From Yuukianura sp. NJ FZ-2021 (Eukaryota): DNA of 64,000 nt. Location of the stretch: contig CM102285.1 in the NCBI GenBank assembly GCA_046563655.1, positions 12,152,001-12,216,000 of the forward strand, given 5' to 3'. This document shows, piece by piece, positions 1-11,394 of this stretch (position 1 is the stretch's first letter; every line of letters begins with the position of its first letter). A program made the translations under genes and the position numbers. The notes under the pieces are model-generated. The model was not told the origin of the DNA. It saw only the letters and a program-made list of their open reading frames with translations, and did no database searches.

Positions 1-356
1 TATTGGAATTTTTTTTTGATACTTTCAGTTTTAAGAAATATGAGTATCGTCAAACTGTTTTACCAATGTTGGATTTTAAGCTTAAGTCAAATACCCGAAA
101 ACCCCTTCACTCACTAACACTTTTATAACAATTCTTTAGTTATTTTAAAAATAAAGAATCTATTCAAACAAAGAATATTGTCAACAAGAAGTTAAGTTAG
201 GACTAACAAAGAAGAGTTATTAGAGTTGTAGTTTAGATTGATGATGCTTTGGATTCGCTGTGATTGATTAAGTATTTGGGGTTTTTAAATTGCACCAATA
301 AAGTTGTTGTTATGCTTCCTCTGGTTGCATTATTCCGGGGAATATGTTAGATCAGT

Positions 357-1586
357 TTATAATTCGTCGTGTTTTGGACCAGAGAATTCGTCATGTGTGA
401 TAAACCCGTTCTTGTCTTGGTCCTCATGTTGGAAGATCTCTTCAACTAATTTATCGTGATCTTGGAGAGCCTTCTGAACTTCATCGTTCAACTTGTTCTC
501 GTCGGTGTCCATTGAATTCATTTGTTTCTTCAGGTAGTCACTAACCTGTAAACATTAACAACAAAAATTGGTCAATTCATTCCTAGCGATTAGCTAAGCT
601 ACACCAACCAACGCGGTAAATCATGGCTGGGCTTCTACTCTTAAGTTTTTTAAACTGATGAGATTTCATACCTCGTCTCTGGATAATTGAGAATCGTCAT
701 TGGTATCAATTTCTTTGAATACGTTTACAACTGGTGGAGCAGTACTGAAATTTAGAATGAAACAACATCAGTAACACAGACCTTACGACAAATTTAAGTA
801 TTTAGGTTAAATTCTGAACGTCTTACTCGATTTTGAGCAATTCAGTTTCGAAGTAAAGTGTGGCATGTGGGGGAATGACTTCTCCGGCACCATGATCACC
901 TGAAAAGTGAACAATTAATCAGTAATTCACGTCAAGTTCGGTTGTGAGACCATGTGCGTTCATGTTAGGCATTGACATGGTAAATATTATCAACAAATTA
1001 CCGTAGCCTAGATGAGGTGGAACGATTAATTTGCGCTTCTCGCCAACGCACATGTCGAGTAAACCTTGGTCCCAACCTTTGACAACTTGACCAACACCAA
1101 TTTGAAAACTGAAAGGCTGATTCCGATCGTAACTGTGTAAATATAAATCAATTACCTAAGCCAACGCATCATCAGTAATTAAATTCTGTAATTTGGTCCG
1201 AAAGCTAGGATATTGTTCTCAATAAAAATAGATTCCACAACTGGAGTACATCCGAAAAATGAAAACTAATTAAATTCTGTAGTCTTTCTTGCAAATTATT
1301 TATACCTAGAATCAAATTGCTTCCCATCTTCAAATGTTCCCTTGTAGTGCATACTTAGCAGTGCGCCTGCAATTTCAAAAACGTAAAATCAAGATCGTTA
1401 CGCCAAATATACGTTCAGTCAATTATAATAATACGCACCTTTCTGAGATTTGACATCACAGTTATCAGGTTTGAACAATACTTCAATTTTGAGTTCTGGT
1501 AAATCCTTGTCAGCCGTGTCTTCATTTGCTTGGACAAGCGCTAAGGCCACGACACATATGAAACCAAAAACAGCTGGAAGATTCAT
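357..1586 (-). CDS. FKBP14: ER-luminal FKBP-type peptidyl-prolyl isomerase with EF-hands (FKBP14/FKBP7-like), ~224 aa, 6 exons
   Basis: Exons 1586-1439, 1366-1306, 1132-1002, 899-827, 744-672 and 545-357 join in frame (675 nt) via GT-AG introns. The product has a signal peptide ([20 protein letters not shown]), FKBP motifs ([55 protein letters not shown]), two EF-hand-like loops ([24 protein letters not shown]) and a C-terminal HDEL-stop. Confidence 0.93.
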
Positions 1587-2036
1587 TGTTGGATATGACA
1601 GTTTTACAACCTGTGAAAGTAAACAAACCAGATTTAATCATTTTGGTGCCAATGAATGTTCTCAAAAGTTTCTTAACCAATCAATCCTTGCTATTTAGAT
1701 ATCACATCAACGCATAAACATACCCCGTACCAAATTGCTATACACTTTACACATGCTTTGACAGCCGGTAGAGCAGTACCAACTTTAATTGAACTTTTAT
1801 TACCTTCTGAAGACCCGGTAAATGGAAGCTCTTTGATATCGAGAGACCAGACTTTAACTAACCACTTTTTGGTTTAATTGTGAGTTTCACTATGATGGAT
1901 TAACTAATCTAACGATTGATATAACCCCACCAGATCTCAGCTTCCAATTGTTTTGAGGTGTGAAAAGTGAATGACACTCAAGCCAGGAGTCGCGTTCTGA
2001 TTGGCCAACAACAGATTTTCCTTCAGCTGGGTTCTT

Positions 2037-2305
2037 CCACGTCAAAGTCAAAGTGGATCTTCCTGTGCAGCAACCTACATGGTCAAAAATCCAACCAAAT
2101 GGAACACGAGTCCTCCTAAATCCACGAAAGATGGACACACAATCGATTTAGCTAATCTAAAACATAAACACTTCAACTTTAACTTCATCGTCAGTTTATC
2201 TTGCATTATTCTCTTACAGGATTTAACCCTTGGTAGAAATCGGTTAAAACACTAAATTCTAGACGATACATAAAAATTCAGTGGGACATGGAGAGATTGA
2301 CGTGG
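2037..2305. promoter_or_regulatory. Two UPRE-like (TGACGTGG) elements in the divergent FKBP/NDRG promoter region
   Basis: CCACGTCA at 2037-2044 and TGACGTGG at 2298-2305 are exact matches to the XBP1/ATF6-type UPRE core. ATTGG (CCAAT) boxes lie nearby at ~2000 and ~2383. Confidence 0.45.
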
Positions 2306-5283
2306 ATTTTAAATGAAATGCAGTAACAGGACCCGTAAAAAACGAGTAACTACTAACACAGAGTGATGAATCATCACTGATGATTGGCAGATGACTACAA
2401 TAAATCAATGACAATTAAACTTAATTATTGATTTGATTAGCGTTAATTTTCATGTGCATAAGGAATGAAGACGCTTATTTAATTTTTAATGTTTATGTTT
2501 TTGAAATTGCGGGACTTAAGCCCCGCCCCTTTTCGGTCAGGTGACTCATCGGGTGAAAAGGAGAGTGGAACTTTTCACTTCTTTCTCTTTCTCCTTTGGT
2601 ATTTCTTATCTCTGGAGTACCGTTAATTGTTAATCTTCACACAGTTACGTAATAATTCAACACTAACGTCACCATTGTTTACCTAAGTAAACAAATAGTA
2701 ATCTCTTAAGTTACGTAAGTCTCGTAATAGTTACCTGGATCGGATCTCATCTACTTCTCTCAACTTACCCCTCTTTTGTTTATCATCTTCTCATCATCTC
2801 ATAAGATTCCTACCGTTTTTGGGTCATCAAACTGCAAGAATCGCTGAATAGAAGATGTTTCAAGTGACTCATTAAAGTTAATCAACGAACCTGTAAGTCC
2901 TTACATTATACTAATCTAAGTTCTGTAAGATGTAATAACGGTAACAATACACCTTGCTTGTAGTGAAATTGAGTTCTAATTTGGATTGTGACGGGCTTTT
3001 GAGTCTTGACCTTTTACTTTCACAAACATTTCTAAATCGTTTTCTTTTCGTAAACAAACAACAGTATACCCAGTTTTCATCTTGGCATCTATGTTATGTT
3101 ATGTCCTAATTGTAACCAGCCTTTAGCATAGCCATATACCAAGGCCAAGATTCGCTACGCAAATTCGGAATAATAAGCTTAAGAACCTTTCGTGATCTAA
3201 GGAAGTGTTCAACTTCAAGGCTAAGATTCTAATTTCGCCATTAGTTTCAGTCCTAACATACGCTAACGACAAACAATCAGCAATAGCTATAGCTTCTGTG
3301 TCCAGTACGAACTAGAGAGTGGCTAATAACTTTTCGCACGAAACTGATCTCTTTAATTCCTTGCAGGTTCATTCCAAAACATTGGTTCTACAGCAGCTTT
3401 ACACAACCACGGTACAACTTAAGCTCGTCACTACGACCGGAACTTGGACATCCGTCAATTCCAAATAGCAAATACTAACTAGCTTCTCTGTTCGTCCGGA
3501 TTCATCGCTCATTAACTAACGTCATAACAAATGTAAGTCCACGATCTCAGTTTTTCACGTTTCATCTTTCATCGTCATTCGTTTGATTTCTACCTGGCGA
3601 TTCTTCTCCTTGGGAAATTCTGAACAATTTTGAACATTCTGGTTTGAACTTTTCTAATTAAGAGTGTAAATCGTGACTTTCACTGATTGTTAACTCACGT
3701 TTGTTTGTTAAAGTTCCAGAATGCAATTTTTGTCAGGAATAACCTGTTTTTATGCCAGACGAAAATTTTTAAATTTTGTCATTGCACTTTGCGACTGTAT
3801 TTTAACAGTTCTCTTTCGATAGATGCGGAGATCAAGTTGAGTGGCGTGTTACTTATGCAATTGACATATGACACACTTTCGGAAAAAAATTTGGCGACCA
3901 AGCATTCTTTACTTGCTAAGCAAAAACAAACTAATTAACACATTAGGTTTTGGTTTACCGTTGTTTGCAATTGTGTCGCAGTGGTATAAATTATGGAAGT
4001 AGACTTCTATTTGGAGAGATGATGTTAGTTCTATGCTGGTTACTTCCTAAAAATGAAGTTAATGCACAAACAACGGACGGAAAAGGCTTTAGAAGATGGA
4101 TATTTAGTCCACCTCACCGAGGTCCCCGTACCAGTCTACGTCAGTCAGTCATCTTCTCTTAATTATCATGCTTTCCTGCCTTAGTCCAAGGTGAATTCAT
4201 CTTCTTCAAGTGAACAGAACCTTATGGTGCTTGGAACGAAGTTAGCAATTCACTCTGATTATCGACCGCTTCCTTTAGCAGTTACAGGCATCTACTTTGG
4301 TACTAGTTTGTAGTTTGAAATTGTAATTCGATCCGAGAAGTTGTTAGTTGGTATGGGATTGTCAATCATCTACATCTTCTGTAATTCCATTTCAAGTGAA
4401 CCGAATTTCGAATTTTTGGTCACCGGTTTTTAGGAAGTGCTTCTTGGATTATAACCTTGCAAAGTGATTTTTTGCTTTCTGCTTTTTTTATCTCCGTTGT
4501 AGTTAGGATAGCTAACTTTCACTTCGATTTTTTGATATGGAAAATATTCAATGTGAATGTGATGCTTTTGAATAGTGGGTTGCTTAAGGGCGTTAAAAAG
4601 CTACGGGTTTGGCAAACAGTTGACTAGAGCGTTTTACTATTTGTTCTTCATCTCTAGTGAATTCTCGAACTACTTTAGTAATTTCGCCATTGGAGCAGGA
4701 AGCTGCATTTAGTTTGCCAATTTAGAGTTTTATAGAATCCAATTTCAGAGTTGTAAACCTTCGTTTTATTTGTTTGTGCTAAGGGTGCTCAAAATTGTAA
4801 TTTCATTGTGCTTTTTATAAAACTGGACCGTTAAAGTGTAACTAACTTTGTTACACGAAAGGAGCTCTCCGGTTTCTTTAAGTGCAAATTCGAATAGTAA
4901 AAACACGACTTTATACTAACTTGCAAGGTGACCGCAATATATCTAACGCTCTAAACACTTTTCGGATTCGTAAATTACCGATTCAACCACAAGGATCGCA
5001 TAGACAAGGCTACAGTGTGAACCACTTCAGTAGCACTCCCAGTGCATTCTGAGACTTTCGATGTCCTACATTTGCAATGTTATTTAAATCGTAACCTTGT
5101 AAAATATTGCTAAAGTGTTTGTTATTTTGTTTAAGATTTCAGCTTTGCGACATCTTTAGAGATTTGCCGATTTACGCCTGCCTGCATCTTGTAGCTACTC
5201 CTGCATCCTGTTTTCAGAAATATTTAACACTTCGTTTTGTTTTTGTTGTGTATTGTTACCGGGCAACATAAGTATCTGTGAAG

Positions 5284-5624
5284 ATGAGATCAGTATTTAG
5301 TGGTTCCTACTCAGCATTGAATAATCCTAGCAATGGGATTGATGAAAATGAAGGACTAAGTCAAGATGTGTACCGTACGACGACGCGTGCCTCGGTGGAT
5401 TGCGGAGACGTTCGGCTGGCTCCAGCAGAGAAGAAGTTCAACGTAATGAACTCCGTTAGGAAATTCTTTGGCGGGAATGGGCGTGGTCGTCTTACGGCTT
5501 CTCAAAGTGTTTACGTCCTACCGAATATTCATGAAGATTCCGTGCCGAGTGGCCATTCCGGAACTTCTCGGCACCGTACTTCGGGTTCCGGAGGAGTCAA
5601 TTACAGTCGTTTGCAGCAGTCCAG
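5284..5624 (+). CDS. Alternative first coding exon of the NDRG gene (~113 aa N-terminal extension)
   Basis: The open frame MRSVFSGSYS...SRLQQS ends AG|GTAAAA in phase 2, which matches the phase-2 acceptors at 6537 and 7923. It is more GC-rich than the flanking intron. Confidence 0.65.
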
Positions 5625-6552
5625 GTAAAAATACTGCTGACAAACAGCATTCAGAGGCACTCGACGCACAATCTTACAGAAATTTTTGCAATTTTTTCTA
5701 GTTAGCAATGCTTGAACGCTTTGGCTTCATAACTAATGCGAGCTCTTGATTTCATCTCGATTAATGGTTTCGGTTTCACTAAGGTTTTTGGAGGCTTAGC
5801 AAAAATTGTAGTTTCTGATGGCTTGAATTTTGGATTCTGGTGATATTTTCTTGTTATTTATTTAGGATTGTTGCTCTTTTGAGGTGTGGATATCATAAAG
5901 TGATTCAATTTTGTGATTGATGAAAAATCATTGACTGACGGACGATAGCAATCATGCATAATGGAACGAGGTCGATGAAGGTGCTTCTTTTCTTGGAGTT
6001 TCTGTGTACTTTGTTTGTTGTGGATTTCTGTTCCCTGCCTAACGCTTGGATTTTATTGATTTCTGGAAAGTAACAGTGGACTGGAGGTCTCTTTAAGGAA
6101 GACGTAATTTCCGGTGGAAACGACGGACACTTGGGCACTGCGGATTCTATTAAACGTGGACATCTTTTTTTTGTGCGGGAATTTGCGAAAGTTGTTGGGC
6201 TGGGTGGGTTCTTAACCTATTTCCGAAAACGGTTTTTCGGTTCTTTTCATTTGAAAAGTGGATTTGGGCTGAACAGCTTCGGTTTTTCCCTTGGTTTCGT
6301 ATAAAAAACTTACGGACACTTTGTACAGAAGCCGGGTTCTTATGGGTATTGGTTTTCGGTTTTTTATGCAACACTGGTCACTATTCATCTTCCGAAAATG
6401 TTGAAAGTTAGGGAAATCAGGTGATGGTTGTTTGGTTTAAAAAATTTCACGCACTTCACGCTGCGACCACAAATGTTTCAAAATTTTCTGTTTTCGAAAT
6501 GTGTATTTAATATTTTCAATTTTAAATTGTGCACAGGGATAGAACCAAGAGA

Positions 6553-9500
6553 ATGCCGACGTCAATTTCAATGGAGGAGGCTGCACTCCTGGGGTAAGAT
6601 GTTTTTTGAAATGCTTGATCCAGTTTTCTGCCGATGTTTCTTTTTGAAAATACTGCTGTGACAAGTTTTGAATAATTTTCGAGTTAATCCATCTGGATTG
6701 TTTTTGGCTTTGAGCTTTTGCAGACTGACGATGAGTTCCTTACTACTGTTTTCCATTATCATTGTTCCAAGTTGTAGAATCTGCTTTCACCCTGAATTTT
6801 AGACAATCTGAATTTGGATTTGGTCCAGAAGGGGATGATAATCAAAAGATGCGTTTTGAACAAGGGGAAAGTCAGATATTGATTATTTTCAGCCCCTTCC
6901 TGCTGCTGAATCTTCGTTAAACTGAATTTGAGTCACTCGATTCTTTTTAACTTATTTACTTTTTCGTGAGTTATTTTAACCTTGATTTTAATTGGAAGGA
7001 TTTTCTGTAAAGTTGTAAAAACTTCCCAGTTCCCACAATAGTTATTTTCCCAGTTTCCTGGAAGTTAAGCTTTCAGTTTCAACTAAAAGTAGAGAATGAG
7101 ATTTTAACTGTACCTACCTTTAGAAGATACTGGCTGTAATTTTCCAGAGATTTTCTATTTCGGTTTGTTCAGGAACGTCTGAGATAACGTTAAGACTAAC
7201 GTAGTGATTTTTAAATTCAGGGCACTTCTAGACTATTTTAGGATTCTTGTAAATCATTCCCTCTGACTCTCTCTCTCTGACTGGGGACTGTTTAACCAGT
7301 TTCAAGTACTTCACAGATTACTTAACTTTACACTTTTACTGATATCAACTAACTGCAGTTGAATTGCTGGAATTGATTTTCCTATTTAGTACTTGTCAGT
7401 ATTGTGATGGAAGTGGTGGTGATGGTGATGCGGAATACTGTTGCTTAATTTGCGGCTTTCAGTTGAATAATTTGTAATTTGAGGAAATTCTTACGAATTG
7501 TTCTTTTCTTTTGTCATTTCGTTTCATATCTTCTTCACACTTCAACTAATCCACTTGGTTTTTCGGGTGTTGGTTCTTCGCAAATTCAATTTCTCATTAT
7601 GGCCAACGACGTTACTCACAGCACTCAAGCTTTTCGGTGATTTTTCATGTTTTCTTGATTAATCAATTTGCTTTATAGAAACTTAGCATTTTTAACTCTT
7701 GATTTAGTAAATTCCTGAAATTATGAGGTGAGGGCGTTCCCGCAAGAAGTTGTAAAACTCAAAATTTCGTTTCTAAGGAAAGCAAATAAAATGCGTATCT
7801 CGGAGTTTGTTAGAAAATTGGTAGATGAGAGTATCAAATCCACAATTTTGAGTTTGCAACTTCTTACTCGAACGCATTCATTTGATTCTTGTGATTAATT
7901 TTTTTGCTGTGTAATTTTGAAGGTGCAACCCGTCTGAGAGTATGGACGAAGTGGAACTGAAGAATATCCAGTTGTCATTTGCATCGGCAAGGACACTGTG
8001 TCGTGGACAAGGACTGGCAACTGAAGAAAGAGTTGAAACGAAGTTTGGCTCAGTTCTGGTCGGAATTCAAGGAGATCGATCTAAACCAGCGATTGTGACC
8101 TACCATGACCTCGGTCTTAACTGTAAGAAAAATTTAAATCCAAATGATGAATTGAATTCAAAAACCTGTTTAAGAAGTCACTGACTAACTACTTTCTTTT
8201 GTGCTAATAGATGTTTCCAACTTCCAAGCATTCTTCAATTTTGTGGACATGAGATTACTCCTGCAAAACTTTTGTGTGTACCACATCACTGCGCCTGGAC
8301 AAGAAGAAGGAGCAGCAACTTTAGCTGAATCGTAAGAGACTTAAAACTGCAAAAATAATATTGACTGAGCTTTTCAATCCAACGAAGATAACAATGAGCA
8401 TGTGGAAAAATTTGCACAAGATAAAGTGGTTTTACAACAGACAAACAGAGATTCTCAAAGTCCTCGAAAAATGAAAATTCCTGTGAAACTGCATTTTGAT
8501 TTGATCAATTTTTGAATTTTGCTGCAGATATGTCTACCCAACGATGGATGAATTGGCTGAACAAGTTTATGAAGTGGTCACTCATTATGGAATCAGACGC
8601 ATAATTGGATTTGGGGTTGGAGCTGGAGCAAATATTCTTTGTCGATTTGCCTTGACCTACCCGGACAAGGTGTGTTTTTTGAAAGCATTTTTCAAAATTT
8701 TGAGTTTTAAGTTATAATTTGCTTTGATTTTGTTAGATCGATGCACTCTGTGTGATCAATTGCCTGTCAACAGCAACTGGCTGGATAGAGTGGGGATATC
8801 AGAAGTTGAACGCAAGACACTTACGAACCAAAGGAACTATGACGCAAGGCGTCAACGACTATTTGATGTGGCATCACTTTGGAAATGTAAGATTTAGAAC
8901 TAGAAAGTATTGATGAAAGTTTTGAAAAGTTAGATGTAGATTCTGACGTTTCCTCTTTTCTTGAATGATTTTCGTAGATGACTGAAGAACGAAATCACGA
9001 TTTGACTCACGTTTATCGTCAATACTTCGAAACGCAAGTGAATCCAGTCAATTTGGGTTTGTTCATTGACAGCTACATTCGTCGAACAGATCTTGACATA
9101 ACTGTAATAAGAGATCTTACGAGAAAATTGATGCTTCCCGAACGAGAATCTAACAAATTGAAACTTTTCATAGCGCGAGTTGGACCCAATGAGAAAGAGC
9201 GATGTCCGTACGATTCGCTGTGCGGTTCTCAATGTCACTGGAGCGCTGTCTCCCCATGTCGATGACACTGTCACTTTCAACGGACGACTAGACCCTGTCA
9301 ACTCCACTTGGATGAAGGTATGATTTTAAGATTTTGGAGCAGACATTTCTAAAATTGACCAATTTCAGATTCAAGATTGCGGAATGGTCCTGGAAGAACA
9401 ACCTGCAAAACTCTCGGAAGCGTTTCGTTTGTTTCTCCAGGGCCAGGGATACGGTATGAAAACATTTAAATTCTACCAAGCTTACATTTAGTTTCATTGA

Positions 9501-10616
9501 CTTTTTCGTCTGGTGATGCCTTTGTAAAGTGAATTTTGTATTCAAAAGTTAAAACCGATTTTAGGATTCTCATAGTTACTTTTTTCCACTAAAAACGGTA
9601 AAAATTGATCTTAGGTTTTAATTTTCTGTTCTTTTTTCTCGATTCTTCTATTTCTTCTGCGATTCTCGAAAAAAAATGTACAGCTATAAAACTATTCCGG
9701 AAGAATTCCTTACCAGAAGGTAAATGCTTCTAAAGACAGCCAACGGGATAATGGGAGAGACACTGCTACTAAAGTTTAAAAAAGTTAAATTCTACAACAA
9801 ATTTTGCATTCATTATGTTGTGTAAGTCTTTGATTTGCAAAATATTCACATTGAATTTGTTGAATTATTCTCTGTGCTAAAAAACGTTTGCTGCTGGGGA
9901 TAAAGCTCAAGTTTTCTTTTTGGGTAAAAACTTTCAACTGCTTTTTGAGAGGTTTTGGGTTTTGGCTTTGTCTGAAAATTACATTACATAATGGATGCGT
10001 GAGTTTGGAAAGCTAGTGATCTTCTTTTTAAATTAGATTCAATATTTTGAATTTTAAAGGCTTTTGCTATGTTATGTGCTTACGGCAATCTCGTTTTGCA
10101 ATTTTTTTAAAAATTGAACTCGCTATTTTAGAAAAATTGAAACAATGGACAATCGCTTCTTGTCTGCTGCTTCATTTCACTGCTCTTTTCTGTCTGTTGT
10201 CACTCACGAATGAAATGTAATTTGAATTTAAGTGAAAGGAAAACTAATATTTTGTTTTTTGATTTCTAGTTCCGTGCCTTTCAAGTCAAAAAATTGCAAT
10301 GAATCGTAAGATGTCTGTTGACAGTGGAGCTGGAAGTAGTTCCACGGCTGGATCTTCTGGAAGTCTTAATGCATTTTCAGCCCCAAAGTTACAACCTGCA
10401 AGTGGAATCCTCATTCACTTGAACAGTGACACGCGTAGTGACCCCATTCTGGAATCTGGCAATGGATCTCCAGGAAGTTCAGATTCTGGACTCACGAATG
10501 AACCGGACACGACTCTTCTGGATCAAGGAATCAAGAACATTCATATTACGGAGAACCCAATTTCAGAATCCAAAGAACAGTTAGATGTGGACGCTCAAAA
10601 TAATCCAAAGTGTTAA
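6553..10616 (+). CDS. NDRG: NDRG-family alpha/beta-hydrolase-fold protein (NDRG3 / Drosophila MESK2-like)
   Basis: Exons 6553-6593, 7923-8122, 8211-8331, 8528-8669, 8737-8886, 8978-9103, 9174-9317, 9369-9453, [9684-9719] and 10270-10616 are frame-consistent (1392 nt). Motifs include PAIVTYHDLGLN, APGQEEGA, YPTMDELAEQV, IGFGVGAGANIL, GWIEWGY, WHHFG, RRTDL and DCGMVLEEQPAKLSEAFRLFLQGQGY, followed by a Ser-rich tail. Confidence 0.92.
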
Positions 10617-11394
10617 TCGCAATTTGAATTCCAATTTCAAACGTGGAAGGTAAGCTCCAAATTTAACTCACATAAAGTCTCCCAGTGAAGATCCTGCTGA
10701 AACGTACGAACAAATTCCAAAGTTACTTTAGGCATCTTTAAGTGTAGGCTAGGCTTTGCTCCGCTCCTTTGTCAACAAATATCATCTCTAGTGCTAAAAT
10801 TCGGTAAGTTGTTGTTCTTGCAAGTTTTTAGAAGTTTTAGCATGAAGGCAGAGGAAACTTTAGTCTGTTTTAGTTTTTAGAATTTTAGATGTTTTAAGCA
10901 ATTTTAAATTAGAAACAAGGCAAAGTTGTAACAGTAGGTTGTTATTAGGTTGAACAGTACAAGGGTATGTATTGCCCTACGTAACTTTTAGCAGCGTACT
11001 AATACAATTAGTTAACTATATGACTACAGTAGATTTGTAAAAGTCGTTGCGCTGTGGTGTGGTCAATAATTTAGTGTTAATTCCTAGAGTAATTGGACTT
11101 TTTAGAAAGACTGAGTGAGCGGTAGGAGTAGCACATCTTTAGGTTTGGCAAGATGAGGATACTTGGTAAATACTTCCTAAAAAACTGTTGTTGTTGATAG
11201 CTTTAGTTTTCCTTATAGATGCACTCTCCGCGGCTTGGGTGACGACAGGACTTTTTGCAACATTTCTAAAAGTTACGAACAAATGCAAAATTTTAAACTT
11301 CTACTAAAAACGGAAGTAAATTATGGGTTGTTCGACTTACCATTTTTCTAAATTCAGTCCATGCTCGAGTCCTGTCCTGTCCAGCTTGTTTCGG

